A stretch of DNA of 64,000 nt from an uncultured Nitrososphaeraceae archaeon (GCA_963779615.1 CAVZZA010000003.1:800001-864000), one strand, 5' to 3'. Counted from the stretch's first letter, positions 1-11,653 are shown. Numbers and translations: made by a program. Notes: generated by a model not told the origin, from the sequence alone.

Positions 1-1
1 A

Positions 2-406
2 TTCATTAGGCCCAAAGTTAATCCAATATTAGTTGAAGCAGACGCATCAAGATTTGAGCAGGTAATTTCCAACCTAATGGACAATGCAATTAAATTTATC
101 GACAGTACAGAAGGAAAAGTAACAGTAAGTATTGATTTTGATGCAGATTATGCAAATCAGCATAACAATGTCAAGGATAAAAAGAAGTCAGTAATAATAA
201 GTGTCAAGGATAATGGTCGAGGAATCCATCCAGATATGTTTCATAATTTGTTTGACAAATTTACTTCAAAAGCAGAATTTGGAACTGGATTGGGATTGTT
301 TATTTCCAAAAGCATTATTGAGTCCCATGGTGGAAAGATATGGGCGGATAATAACAAGGATGGAAGAGGCGCAACCTTATCATTTAGTCTACCATTGAAA
401 GATTAA
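2..406 (+). CDS. Sensor histidine kinase, C-terminal HATPase_c domain (5'-partial, runs off window)
   Basis: Frame open from base 2: N box EQVISNLMDNAIKF, G1 SVKDNGRGI, F box LFDKF, G2 GTGLGLFISKSIIESHGG. Confidence 0.93.
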   Translation, partial: FIRPKVNPILVEADASRFEQVISNLMDNAIKFIDSTEGKVTVSIDFDADYANQHNNVKDKKKSVIISVKDNGRGIHPDMFHNLFDKFTSKAEFGTGLGLFISKSIIESHGGKIWADNNKDGRGATLSFSLPLKD

Positions 407-659
407 AGCACGGAATATATACACCGTCAAACAAAGATTGCGCCATCAATCTACATTGAATATGGTAAAATTATCCTTTTTATGCGTCTTCTTCCAAATG
501 CAGGTCACACTTTAGCGGTGATCACAACTAGCTATAACTCTATTGAATTTTGGGATAGAATCTAGTTTAATCGGTAAAAGATATCTTATACAAGAACAAT
601 AAATATGTTTTATTTCAAATAATAAGAATTTGTGCTAGAATATATCCTGTTTATGACAT

Positions 660-2129
660 CTAAATCCCCGCACCTCTGCCGTAGTACATGTGGTCCTCTC
701 GATGTCCACCCTGTCCCCTGCCTATGTTTTTATAATCTGAGGCAAATTCGATGGATTTTATCCATTTCACCATTTTGAATCCAAGTTGGGTTTCAACTCG
801 TAGCCGTAAAGGAGACCCATAAGGAACACTTAAGGGTTCGCCATTCATTTCATAGGCAAGAATGGTCTGGCGATGCTTTGCGAGATCTATGTGTATTGTT
901 TCATAAAACTGTTCCCCCTCAGAATATTGATAAGAGTAAAACACAACATACCGCGCCCCGGGAAGAGGCTTGCATATGGAAATTATATAACTCAGTGGGA
1001 CACCAGCCCATTCCCCTATGGCAGTCCATCCCTGAATGCATGAATGCTCCGTAATTTGAGACTCTTTTTTCATTGAGTGTAAATCCCCAAGTGAAAGTTC
1101 AAGAGGTTTTTCAACCAATCCATAGATTTTCAGTTTCCAACCAACAAAACCATTTTCCAGCATATCCCTGTATTCTTTTGTGTCAGGTGGATAGCCGTTT
1201 GCCCTAAAAAAAGGAGTGAGATCTGATTTTGAAAACTGTTGTTTTGACGATACAGCCCTTCTGAACAAAATACTCCTTATTGGCTCTATAACAGAACCAA
1301 GTTTATTCTGTACAAATCTAGGATACTTTAGTGAAACACCTGTAGCCCAAACTTGAATGGCCACAACAACTAGAACAAATAGCACAAATATTCCAATGGC
1401 CATGCCAAGGCTCGTTGCCTTTCCTAAAAATATATTGCCCATATTTTCCGGAAAATTTGTTATCATGACCATTGACACATGGATAACAATAAACAGAACA
1501 AACCCCACCATCCCAAGGAAATGAAGGCTGCGTGCAACTTGGCGTCCTCTAAAAATCTTGGGATACCATGGAAATTGAGCGCCTATGGCTGGAGACATTG
1601 CGGCACCTGTTGCAATCATGAATGGTCCAAGTACAAACACTACACCAAAGTATGCCAGCTGTTGCATAGGATCGTAAGGGTTACCTTCAACTGCAAAGTG
1701 AAAACTTGCGTACTCCAACACAGTGTGGAAAGCCTGAGGGAAAATTGACCAGGAGGTTGGAACAAGTCGCTGCCACTCGTCACTTGTAAAAAGCAGAATA
1801 TAATATGCCGCACCATTAGCTATCCAGAAAATAATAGAAAAAAAGTGCCAATGGCGACCTAATCCAAGGTTTTTATGTCCAGGCAAAGCAATCCATGATG
1901 AAAATGATTCCTCCTCCTCAAGGGAAATCCACACTCTTTTCCTAAAATAAGGCACAAATTTTTTTTTCGTAAATCTTGCCCATTCTTTTCCAGGTATTGC
2001 GCCATCATGCCAGTAGAGTTTTGGAAGGGCGCTGAGTATCTCTACTCCACTGCGAATTAACAGAACAATGAAAATTAAATTGATGAAATGGGCAAATCGC
2101 AGCCAGAACGGAAAGTCATCAAAGACCAT
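660..2129 (-). CDS. Cytochrome b + molybdopterin oxidoreductase fusion (sulfite oxidase / MsrPQ-like)
   Basis: N-terminal TM helices with heme His (LRFAHFIN, GRHWHF, RSLHF..IH). C-terminal Mo domain with HSCIQGW, LAYEMNGEPL, GSPLRLRVE, KMVKWI. Confidence 0.88.
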   Translation of the reverse strand: MVFDDFPFWLRFAHFINLIFIVLLIRSGVEILSALPKLYWHDGAIPGKEWARFTKKKFVPYFRKRVWISLEEEESFSSWIALPGHKNLGLGRHWHFFSIIFWIANGAAYYILLFTSDEWQRLVPTSWSIFPQAFHTVLEYASFHFAVEGNPYDPMQQLAYFGVVFVLGPFMIATGAAMSPAIGAQFPWYPKIFRGRQVARSLHFLGMVGFVLFIVIHVSMVMITNFPENMGNIFLGKATSLGMAIGIFVLFVLVVVAIQVWATGVSLKYPRFVQNKLGSVIEPIRSILFRRAVSSKQQFSKSDLTPFFRANGYPPDTKEYRDMLENGFVGWKLKIYGLVEKPLELSLGDLHSMKKESQITEHSCIQGWTAIGEWAGVPLSYIISICKPLPGARYVVFYSYQYSEGEQFYETIHIDLAKHRQTILAYEMNGEPLSVPYGSPLRLRVETQLGFKMVKWIKSIEFASDYKNIGRGQGGHREDHMYYGRGAGI

Positions 2130-2182
2130 ATAAAGAACCCACTGTTGTGTTATTGGTAAAGGTATAAAAGATATTTGAAATC

Positions 2183-3346
2183 CTATATGCTGGTTGAATC
2201 ATGATCATTGTCGTCATCGTCATCATCTTTATGATTTGAAATGGCTCTTTCAGCATCTTTTTCGCCTTCTGCTATCAGTTTCTTTATCCTATATGTGGAG
2301 AAATCGGCATCCTCAAAAAGATAGTGCAAATCATCCTCCTTTTTGCCAATTCTTATTACATCCGTTATGGCTGCGCCATGTTTTTGGGTTAATGAGTGAT
2401 ATTCAGGGTCTAATTCTTTAAGTTTGTCTTTTGTTTTTTGGTCTACCTGTGCATCCTCTGAATAGATAATAGAATATATGTTCTTTAAGAGATTCAGATA
2501 CTTTTCATTTACCTTTAGCATTTCCACATTCCTGTCGGTTTTATCCATGAATATGATATCCCTAGCCCTGTGCAACACACCTATCATACTGTTTGGAATC
2601 TCCTTTTGTTGACGAGGGAATACGTCAACTATGTAGAATTTTTTGTTTTTCATGGGGGATGCTCTCATAACTTCCATCATAGGGGTGTTTGTGAGTAAAC
2701 TTCCATCCCAGAGATACCTGCCATCTTTTTTGGTCCACCTTATGCCATAAAAAGGGTATCCTGCGCATGCGATTATATCATCCACATTTATAGCCATATG
2801 AGCAGTATCGAAAATAACAGGCTCGCCTTTCTGTATGTCAGTTGAAGTTATAATCAGCCTGGAATTCCTACTATCAGTCTTATCCGTATCCATTTTTTGT
2901 AGCATCTCAAAGTCTATATAGTGTCTCAAAGTTTTTTTCAGCGGGGTTGTGTCATAAAGATAATTCCACAGATAAGGCAAAAAATAATCTGGTGAGCTTG
3001 GCATGAACCACTTTGGCAAAAATGCTTTTGGAATGCCATAAAATACAGAATAGGCTGAAAATAACATGGCCCTCATTTTATCTGAGGATATATTGGGCAA
3101 CGATAAAACATGCTCTGCATATATTAAATTCTCAGACAAAGAAAGCCAAAAATCCTCCAGAATCGACGGCACATCTTTACCTGCATTTTGTGCAGCAGTT
3201 ATTATCGAGGTATTTATGGCACCAATGGAAGAACCAGCTAAAACGTCGAATTCAATGCCCTTTTTATAAAGGCTTTTGTAAACACCGCACTCATAAGCAC
3301 CCAATGAGCCACCTCCCTGAAGTACCAGGACAGTCTCTAATTTCAC
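2183..3346 (-). CDS. Patatin-like phospholipase/esterase with DUF3734-like C-terminus
   Basis: GGGSLG oxyanion loop, GSSIG nucleophile, WDGS catalytic Asp. Confidence 0.92.
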   Translation of the reverse strand: MKLETVLVLQGGGSLGAYECGVYKSLYKKGIEFDVLAGSSIGAINTSIITAAQNAGKDVPSILEDFWLSLSENLIYAEHVLSLPNISSDKMRAMLFSAYSVFYGIPKAFLPKWFMPSSPDYFLPYLWNYLYDTTPLKKTLRHYIDFEMLQKMDTDKTDSRNSRLIITSTDIQKGEPVIFDTAHMAINVDDIIACAGYPFYGIRWTKKDGRYLWDGSLLTNTPMMEVMRASPMKNKKFYIVDVFPRQQKEIPNSMIGVLHRARDIIFMDKTDRNVEMLKVNEKYLNLLKNIYSIIYSEDAQVDQKTKDKLKELDPEYHSLTQKHGAAITDVIRIGKKEDDLHYLFEDADFSTYRIKKLIAEGEKDAERAISNHKDDDDDDNDHDSTSI

Positions 3347-3391
3347 TTTATCATGTCTCCTCTTTATTGATATATCCAGAATTTCTTTTAT

Positions 3392-4738
3392 TTATGACAG
3401 TTGACTCACATCGGGTTTAAAGAGCACATCCGAGGTCCAATCATCCATAACTTTTAACTTCTTTTTTGCGGTTGGAAGGTTAGCCAAATAATATGATCGC
3501 CAAATCCACCAAGCCAAAAATCCATGTAACTTGACTTTGCCAAATAGTATAGCAACGCCTGTCCTATTTCCGATATTTGCCATCATTCCTTTTGTTTTGT
3601 AATCAAACTTCGTTTTCTTGCCTTCGCTTTCTTTTCGGACAGAGGAAATAATGTTTTTTGCGGCCACGTCGCTCTGCCTTATTGCATGCTGCGCGGTTGG
3701 AGGATATGGTTTTCCAGTATGATGGTCTGTTACAGATGCGCAATCCCCCAGTGCATAAACAATGCCTTCATGATTTTTTACCTCCAGATATTCATTTGTT
3801 ATGATTCTATGGCCTTTGTCATGTTCGCATTGGATATTTGCAATCAATTTGTTTTGAGTCACGCCAGCTGTCCAAATAAGAGAATAGCAAGGTATCAAAG
3901 TATCATCATGCAGTATCGCTTTATCGCTTGTTGCTCCTTTGACTTGTGTATTCATCATAAATTCAACTCCACTCACTTTTAGTCTTTCCAAAGCAAACTC
4001 GCCCAGTTTTACATCTATCTGCTCTAGTATTTTGTCAGTAGCACTAACAAGAATGACCCTTACATCAGACATGTAGATGTCTGGATAATGTTGTTTTATG
4101 GTATCTCGGACAAAACCGTTTATTGCTCCCACTGTTTCAATACCACTAAACCCCCCTCCAACAACCACAAAAGTTAACAGGCTTTTTCTCAAGTCAGGGT
4201 TATCCTGTTCAAAATTGGCTTGCTCTAGTATTTTTATTATGTGATTCCTCAAGGTAATTGCATCATTAATAGTCTTCATTGTAAACGCATTTTCTTCTAC
4301 ATCAGACATACCAAAGAAATTGTTCTCGCTCCCTAATGCAATGACAAGGTAATCGTATTTTACTATGTGTTCATGTAAGCCTTTTGGTTGATTTTGTTGA
4401 TTAGAATTTCTTCCAATAATATGGTTCAGAACCACTTGCTTGTTATTCAGATCTACTGATTGTACATTTGCCTCAAGGAATTTGGCCTTTCTGCAAAATG
4501 ATCTGACCGGTGTAACTATATGCCTTGTTTCAATCATTCCAGCCGCTACCTCAGGAAGCATGGGAGTAAATAGAAGAAAATTGTCTTTACTTATAAGGGT
4601 AATTTCAACACTATCGTCATCATGAAATTCTTTTTGAATCTTTTTTAAGACACCAATTCCTGCAAACCCTCCACCGAGTATCACTATATGCTTAGAATCG
4701 AGAATCCCAGCACTTCTTTCTTTATTGGCTACAGGCAT
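3392..4738 (-). CDS. ndh: Type II NADH dehydrogenase-like NAD(P)/FAD oxidoreductase
   Basis: GGGFAG and VGGGFSGIE dinucleotide motifs, FTPMLPEV, YALGDCA, PPTAQHA, GFLAWWIW tail. Confidence 0.85.
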   Translation of the reverse strand: MPVANKERSAGILDSKHIVILGGGFAGIGVLKKIQKEFHDDDSVEITLISKDNFLLFTPMLPEVAAGMIETRHIVTPVRSFCRKAKFLEANVQSVDLNNKQVVLNHIIGRNSNQQNQPKGLHEHIVKYDYLVIALGSENNFFGMSDVEENAFTMKTINDAITLRNHIIKILEQANFEQDNPDLRKSLLTFVVVGGGFSGIETVGAINGFVRDTIKQHYPDIYMSDVRVILVSATDKILEQIDVKLGEFALERLKVSGVEFMMNTQVKGATSDKAILHDDTLIPCYSLIWTAGVTQNKLIANIQCEHDKGHRIITNEYLEVKNHEGIVYALGDCASVTDHHTGKPYPPTAQHAIRQSDVAAKNIISSVRKESEGKKTKFDYKTKGMMANIGNRTGVAILFGKVKLHGFLAWWIWRSYYLANLPTAKKKLKVMDDWTSDVLFKPDVSQLS

Positions 4739-4759
4739 TATTTTCAGTACTCCATTTTT

Positions 4760-5490
4760 CTATTCCACATGATGTTGGTGAACCAGATCATCATAAATCT
4801 AACTGTCTGGACGTTAACAAATTCCAGCATACCGTACCAATGTAACTCTACCAAATCCACTCATTTTAGTCCCTCCAAAAAGAACTCTAGGATCAGAGGC
4901 TACTACATTAATAACAGATACCCTCCAGGTTGAGCCGTTTTGGAGAATTTCCCTGCTTTATCAAGATCTTCAGTCCACATACTTGCTCCAAGACCGTATT
5001 GAGAATCATTGGTAATATTCAGAGCATCCATTTCACTATCCGCTAAAAAATTAGGCGCAACAAGGCCAAATATCTCTTCCTGCGCCACACGCATTTTTGG
5101 TGTAACATTCTAAAAAGCCGGGGCGGTCATAGAAACAACCTTTTCCGCCTACCTGCTCACCTACTGCGAGAATCTCTCCCCTTCCTTAACGGAGTCTTTA
5201 ACCTGAACCTATTTTTTCCAACCCATCAAAATTCACAAGAGATCCCTTATCTGTATCCTGATATAGGATTACCCACTGAAGTTTCTCTAATTTTTGAGCA
5301 AAATTTTCAATAAATTCATTTGCTCTTTTCCTTACAACAATAAGGCGCTTTGACGCCATGCGGCTCTGTCCGCAATTAAAGCGGCCTTTGATAGCACCAG
5401 ATGTCGCTTTCTCAATATCTGCATTTTACATACTATGAACGGATCGCTGCCTCCTAGCCCCAGAACTGTTTTTTTATCTTTGATGTTACC
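4760..5490 (-). pseudogene. Aldehyde (succinate-semialdehyde-type) dehydrogenase remnant, C-terminal half only
   Basis: Fragments in several frames: LGLGGSDPF, NCGQSR (catalytic Cys lost), EEIFG, NDSQYGLGAS, GMLEFVNV. Multiple stops and frameshifts. 5' limit approximate. Confidence 0.85.
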
Positions 5491-5610
5491 ATTTGAGATA
5501 CTTGCTTTAATTAGTTGAAATTACTGGTAACATACACGATATAAAATAAAATAATGGAATATTACCAAGATAATCTTTATAAAGGATAAAATGGGGAAGC
5601 ATTGTAAGAT

Positions 5611-6309
5611 ATGAATGATAAACACAACAATGGTCCTTCACTGAAAAATAAATTTTTGGTAGAGATAGTTGGAACGTTTATCCTAGTTTATGCGATTGCT
5701 TCTGCCGCTACGGTTTATTCTGGCAGTGGTCAGTTAGGGGTAATCGGGATTGGTTTGGTTCATGCTCTTGTGCTAACAGCAATAATATACGCAATAGGTT
5801 ACCGTTCGGGTGCCCAGGTTAACCCCGCAGTTACAATAGGCTTGCTGGTTGCAAGAAAAATCAAGGGTAAGGAAGCAGCGGTCTATATCATAGCCCAAAT
5901 CATTGGTGCGGTAATTGGTGCAGCTGTTGTGTACACAATATTTGGCTCAGAAATGTCTGCGAGCGTAACGTTACCTTCTGAAGATAATGTTGTTAGGGCA
6001 TTAATATTGGAAACCGTAATGACATTTACTTTGGTGTATGTTGTGTTGGCAACCACTACCTCAAAGAACTTTAGTATTGCTCCATTGGCAGGCGTGGCAA
6101 TAGGGTTTACACTTGGTTTAAATGTTATGTTTGGCGGTGCGATTACCGGTGGTTCACTAAATCCAGCCCGTTCTTTTGGTCCTGCACTGATTATGGGAAA
6201 CTTTAGCTATCACTGGATTTATTGGGTAGCACCAATCATCGGCGGGTTGATTGCAGCAGCAGTTTACAAGGCATTGCACAAAGATGCAGATCTTCCATTA
6301 AAAGAATAA
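5611..6309 (+). CDS. MIP family channel (aquaporin)
   Basis: Two NPA motifs (SGAQVNPAVT, GGSLNPARS), six hydrophobic helices, WIYWVAP. Confidence 0.96.
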   Translation: MNDKHNNGPSLKNKFLVEIVGTFILVYAIASAATVYSGSGQLGVIGIGLVHALVLTAIIYAIGYRSGAQVNPAVTIGLLVARKIKGKEAAVYIIAQIIGAVIGAAVVYTIFGSEMSASVTLPSEDNVVRALILETVMTFTLVYVVLATTTSKNFSIAPLAGVAIGFTLGLNVMFGGAITGGSLNPARSFGPALIMGNFSYHWIYWVAPIIGGLIAAAVYKALHKDADLPLKE

Positions 6310-6729
6310 CTAAAACAATAAGGACACTCAGATCAAACAACAATCCAACTTATTTTTCCTCTAATGGGATTGATCATTACATGTATTTCTGCTTTAACAC
6401 CATGTCAATTCCTCATATCACTTTACACATCTTTTGATTATAGCACTGGATAATTGGTTAAGGTGGTGAACTTTGGTGATAACCTGGATCATTATCCGGT
6501 TAAGAGACCGTGCTATAACGAGGCACATCGTTTCTTACCCATGTTAAAAATAAAAGCCTGCAACAGGAAGATAAAAAGTGAGGGTAATCATTAACGAACA
6601 CACGAAATATTGTTTTTACAGTCCCTCCTACTTCAATGGAAATAACATTATGACGTTTCTGACAATAAATCCAAATAAATGCATCTGCTAGCAAGGTTCA
6701 TAATCACTATGATGGAATTATCTGATTTA

Positions 6730-7199
6730 CCTAACTATTGATATATCTCATGATGTTTTTTCTGCTACTCTCCTTGATACACTGTCAAGTCCTTTCAAAA
6801 GCCAGACAACCCACTTAATCCTCTGTTTCCAAATACTATGATGTCAACATCATTATTTTTTATAAATTTGACTATGGTCCCAACTATTGAACCAACTTTA
6901 ACAATTGACTCGATATTGATTTGATCATTTGAGTATTCCTTCTTCTTTTCTTTAATGATTAAATTCATATCCGATTCCATTTTATCATAGTCTTCTTCAA
7001 TAGAATGTGTAATGAGTATCTCTCCCTTGTCAAAAGTACGAATTTTAGCAATCTGTCTTGACGAGACAGGCACTTCGGGAATCACATGAATAATAAATAT
7101 AACTGATTGATTAATTTAGGCAATTTCAGTTGCTCTCTTTAATGCTTTTTCTGACATTTTTGAAGCATCGTAAGGGACAAGAATCCTGCTGTATTGCAT
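6730..7199 (-). pseudogene. Universal stress protein remnant
   Basis: ATG at 7199 reads MQYSRILVPYDASKMSEKALKRA, then a stop and frameshift, then DIIVFGNRGLSG...SVSRRVAE with further breaks. Confidence 0.85.
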
Positions 7200-7432
7200 A
7201 TCGTTAATACCCTAACCAATTATTAATTCGATGTGATGTGTGTCACTCCATTTTTTATATTTTAATCATAACAACAAAAACAGAAACACAACTTCTTTCA
7301 TCATATTAGTAGAAGATATCAATTAAATTTTTTTGAAAATTAAGACACTGCTAAAAAAAATGAAAAAGACAAGTATTGGCAAATTGTCAAATGCCATATA
7401 ATTATATAAAGAATCACAACATCTTTTTTCAT

Positions 7433-8626
7433 GTGGTCTTATCCATTGAGCAAATACTACAGGATTTAGCGGTTATTATGATAATAGCGTCGGCAATGAC
7501 GTTGGTTTTTCACAGATTAAAGCAACCTATTGTGATTGGATTCATAATTGCAGGAGTCATAATTGGACCTCATACACCGCCATTTAGTTTGATACACAAC
7601 GACGAAGTTCTTAAACTATTTTCAGAGCTCGGTGTAATACTTTTGCTTTTCACTGTAGGAATGGAGTTTCCCATACAAAAACTAAAGAAAATAGGAAAAA
7701 AGGCCACCGTTATTGCTGTTAGTGAGGCTTTCGGAACGTTGATTGTGGGATTTTTGACTGCACAGGCCTTGGGACTTGCTTTTTATGATAGCCTCTTTTT
7801 GGCTTTGGCAATTTCAGTGACAAGTACCGTTATTGTAATGAGGGTACTGGGAGAGTTGCATATGATGAAAGATGACTCTGCCCAGTTGATTTTGGGAACC
7901 GCAATAATTGAGGACATTATTGTCATCTCACTGCTTGCCATTTTTCAATCTTCAGGAACAAGTGGCAATATTTCGATAAATGAAATCATGATTTCTGTAG
8001 GGACAACATTGGCATTTATTGTAGGAGTCTTGGTAATAGGTTCAAAAACCGTACCTCGGTTGATTGATGTTATTGCAGGAACCAATAATCACGATGTCTT
8101 GATTGTAGCTGCAGTGGGAGTGGCCTTTGCTCTTGCATTTGTCTCCTCTCATCTGGGAATATCTGTTGCTGCGGGTGCTTTTTTTGCAGGGGTTCTTGTT
8201 GCAGAATCAAAATCTCATTCAGTTACAAGTGTTTTGGCTACGCCCGTTAAAGACATCTTTGCCGCCATGTTCTTTGTGTCGGTTGGTGCATTAATGGACT
8301 TTAAGCTAATGCCTCTTTTTATAGTTCCAGCGCTTGTGTTAATTGCGGTTTCCATAAGTGCCAAATTTGTCACAGTATTTCTTTCATCAAGGGCTCAGCG
8401 CATAGACAATATAACCTCTGTGCGTACAGCTATCGGTTTATCATCATCTGGTGGGGAGTTGGCACTTGTTGTAGCAAAGGGCGGAAGCGATACCGGAGCA
8501 ACCAGTTCCATAGTGTTACCTATGGTAGGAACTATGACTATTATTACCACATTTATTTCCCCTTATGTCATAAAATACGGATGGAAAGTTGCAAAAAGAT
8601 TCAAAGACAAATCGAAGCAGCAATAA
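7433..8626 (+). CDS. Cation:proton antiporter, CPA2/KefB-like
   Basis: About 12 TM helices; ELGVILLLFTVGME, SVTST, IIEDI, GAFFAG, FFVSVG. GTG at 7433 chosen because TTATATAAA lies at 7402-7410. Confidence 0.92.
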   Translation: MVLSIEQILQDLAVIMIIASAMTLVFHRLKQPIVIGFIIAGVIIGPHTPPFSLIHNDEVLKLFSELGVILLLFTVGMEFPIQKLKKIGKKATVIAVSEAFGTLIVGFLTAQALGLAFYDSLFLALAISVTSTVIVMRVLGELHMMKDDSAQLILGTAIIEDIIVISLLAIFQSSGTSGNISINEIMISVGTTLAFIVGVLVIGSKTVPRLIDVIAGTNNHDVLIVAAVGVAFALAFVSSHLGISVAAGAFFAGVLVAESKSHSVTSVLATPVKDIFAAMFFVSVGALMDFKLMPLFIVPALVLIAVSISAKFVTVFLSSRAQRIDNITSVRTAIGLSSSGGELALVVAKGGSDTGATSSIVLPMVGTMTIITTFISPYVIKYGWKVAKRFKDKSKQQ

Positions 8627-8750
8627 CAACAGCAACAACCATCATTATTGCCTGATTCCGATACTAAAAGCAGCTGCGGTTAACCTTGCTTTAATACACC
8701 GCTGCGCATCTCTATTTTCATTTATCTAAATATAACCAAAGGATCCGGAT

Positions 8751-9110
8751 TTAAACATCCATTGAACCATAACGGGTACAGTATTGTTTTAAGCATATTG
8801 CAAATCCCACATGTTCACAATCATCTGCCTCACAACTCTTGCACCAGGGAATACAATCTCTAAAAAAAACTGTTACATCTTTTAACAGATCCTTATCGTA
8901 AAAAATCATGTATTTATCTTTTAAAACATATTTGACATCGATTGGAGAATCTGCTGATTGGTTATTTTCTGTTGACGATAGCCATTTCATAAAGTCAATT
9001 GTTCCAACATCCAAAGAAGTGGATGAAATGGGTTTATTGAGCATAATTTTGGATTTTCTAGACAATATTTCCTTATCTTTCCTTTCCAGATACAATACCG
9101 ACAAATACAC
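8751..9110 (-). CDS. Hypothetical protein with C-terminal SWIM-like Zn site
   Basis: WCKSCEADDCEH (CxxC-x4-CxH). Start codon uncertain. Confidence 0.6.
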   Translation of the reverse strand: MYLSVLYLERKDKEILSRKSKIMLNKPISSTSLDVGTIDFMKWLSSTENNQSADSPIDVKYVLKDKYMIFYDKDLLKDVTVFFRDCIPWCKSCEADDCEHVGFAICLKQYCTRYGSMDV

Positions 9111-9696
9111 TATTAAGGGTATCTGTTAAAAATACCTGTGAATGCATAATTATTATCATAATTATAATTATTTTGGTTGTTATCATTATTGCAATGGAGA
9201 ATTTGCTGTAAATGCTAAACCTGTCAATTGACATTAATAGATTCGGTGAAGCACATTGCTCAAAGGAGCAGTCTCAATATGCGGTGTAGTTGGTTTGATT
9301 TTAACCTGTAAAAGGAAAAGTAAAATCCGTATGTGAGACAAACTAGCTGAAAGAAAAATTACCACTTCGTCCGCTCTTTTGCCATAACTGCATCCTTAAG
9401 TTTCTGGCAATTGCGTTTTGTGTTTAAACAGATTTTTGATTTTTACTTTCTTCTTTTTCGTCATCAATGTCGTATTCGGTATAAATTATTTTTGGCATTC
9501 TCGATAGTATGTAATTGAGTTTATTAGCGTTTGCCTTAAAATCAATAGAAGAATATGGTGTGAGATTGATGAGAGTCTTTCACATTGTAATATCATTTAC
9601 TAAAAAGCCATAAAACGATCTTATAACAATAGAAAAATGAATGCCCTTTAATGGTTTTGTAAAAATGATCCCATGTGGTTAGTGGGCAAGGTGGCT

Positions 9697-9728
9697 AGTG
9701 CAGATATCGGTCCTTTCAATTGGATTCT
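9697..9728 (+). repeat. Degenerate copy of the palindromic AATGCCGATATCGGTTC site
   Basis: AGTGCAGATATCGGTCC matches 14/17 to 21554 and 23660, followed in register by N8-GGATTCT. Intergenic. Confidence 0.5.
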
Positions 9729-9879
9729 GATTATAGTGAAACTGTTAAGGATATAAAGTTCTCGGGTGCAAAGACAAAATTAATCTATTCTTGACGACTT
9801 TGCTGGACTTCGCACAAATAAATGTTAATTGTTGGTGCCACTTCAATATTCTTAAAAGAGACTGGATGCCAATAACCAA

Positions 9880-10857
9880 ATGCATTACCTAAAAAAAGAA
9901 AAAATGCTTATTGCTAGTATTTTCTCGCTCGTCATCATCATTGCTGCACCATTGGTCAACCTTGCGTATAGCCAACCAAGCCAATTGAGCCCAAACAGCA
10001 GTAATTACAACAACACAAATACAAATACACCAAAAATACAGGATTTCCCATCAAAAGAAGTTCGCGTGGGAGACATAGACATCGCATACAAGACCTTTGG
10101 CAAGGGCGACCCTATTTTACTGATAAACGGTTACTCCTTCACCATGGACAGCTGGGACCCAACTTTATTGGAAACTCTTGCTTCCAACCATACAGTAATC
10201 GTTTTTGATAACCGAGGAATAGGAAACACAACCTCCGGTAGTGAACAGCAGTTCTCAATATCGCTATTTGCAAATGATACCGCTGGCTTGCTAGAGGCAT
10301 TAGACATCCAGAAAGCAGATGTGCTGGCATGGTCATTAGGCGGAAGAATTGCTCAGGAATTGACACTTAATTATCCTGATAGAGTTGGAAAACTTATTCT
10401 CTATGGAATAGGTTGTGGGGGCGAGGGATCTGCGCCACAAAGCCAGGAAGTTCGTAACGAGTTTGTTAATCGAACGGGAACTGCAGAAGACAGAATAGCA
10501 AGAGTAGTACCATTATTCTTCCCCCAAGAATGGCGCAATGAAAATCCGAATTACCTTGAAAACATTCCAAAAACTACAGAGACAGTTCTTAATGAAACAC
10601 TTGACAAGCAGATAGAAGCTGCAGCCAGTGCACCATCTACTTGTGATAGGCTAAAAAACATAACTCAACCTACACTAGTCATAGTTGGAACTGACGATGC
10701 GGCTACTCCTGCAGCAAATAACCTAAGAATGGCAGAACTTATTCCCGGAGCTTGGTATGTCCAGATTAACGGAGGGGGACATGGATTGATGTACCAATAT
10801 CCAGAACAGTTCAGCAATATAGTAAAAATCTTCCTGGAAAATACAAATACCCATTAA
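9880..10857 (+). CDS. Secreted alpha/beta hydrolase
   Basis: Signal-like N-terminus (..NLAYSQ), DNRGIG, AWSLGG nucleophile elbow, GTDD acid, GGHG His. Confidence 0.9.
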   Translation: MHYLKKEKMLIASIFSLVIIIAAPLVNLAYSQPSQLSPNSSNYNNTNTNTPKIQDFPSKEVRVGDIDIAYKTFGKGDPILLINGYSFTMDSWDPTLLETLASNHTVIVFDNRGIGNTTSGSEQQFSISLFANDTAGLLEALDIQKADVLAWSLGGRIAQELTLNYPDRVGKLILYGIGCGGEGSAPQSQEVRNEFVNRTGTAEDRIARVVPLFFPQEWRNENPNYLENIPKTTETVLNETLDKQIEAAASAPSTCDRLKNITQPTLVIVGTDDAATPAANNLRMAELIPGAWYVQINGGGHGLMYQYPEQFSNIVKIFLENTNTH

Positions 10858-11063
10858 TTGGTGTAATATTTTCAGACTCCTTTTTTTGTTCTTGCGTCTC
10901 AAATCCGGTCACAATAAATAAAGAGAACAAACATCATTTCTACAAAAATCCCATGGTTAACATTATTATCCTTACAACCAAACAATAAATAATCATAATA
11001 GTTTAGATTTTTCTTAAAGAAATAAAGAGTTAAGATAATATAAATAGAAACATTGTATTATGT

Positions 11064-11323
11064 ATGAATCCTAAGGTAACAATACTATTAATTTGTGCAA
11101 TTCTCTCAGTGCCGACATTTGGCCTTATTACAGAACATATAGTGGAACAGAAAATTTGTAGTTTGCTCAAGGACAAACACAACAGCAACAGGAACAAGCT
11201 GCCCCATCCATAGTACACAATAAAAGCAAACCAATGCAAAACCCGCTGCCAAGTAATGAAACAAATCAAACTTCAAATATGGAAATCAGACGAGATGGTG
11301 ACGATCAAATAATGAAAGATTGA
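11064..11323 (+). pseudogene. Small secreted Gln-rich protein, frameshifted
   Basis: MNPKVTILLICAILSVPTFGL.. signal-like start. A frame change near 11160 gives FAQGQTQQQQEQAAP...IMKD*. Confidence 0.5.
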
Positions 11324-11653
11324 ATATTTCAAACTCATGTGTTAGGTCATTCAAAATACCCCTTGACAAACAGTTAGAAAAGAAATGAAACAACTTTATT
11401 TATAGACTTAGTTGTATTGCAGGGTATCAAACATCTAATCATGAATAACTTGTATTGTCACCTTTAACGATATGATAATTATCTTTATGTTTTTTTTTGA
11501 TTTATCAAATTAGTATCACGGAAAATTTTTCATAAGGTATGCGGAAATGGAATGGAAGTAACATATTAGTGCCTTTTCCTGTGATATTTTCCTTCAACTA
11601 TACCTTTAAGCTTATATAATTACCTATATATCTAATTAATCATTATTAAATAA

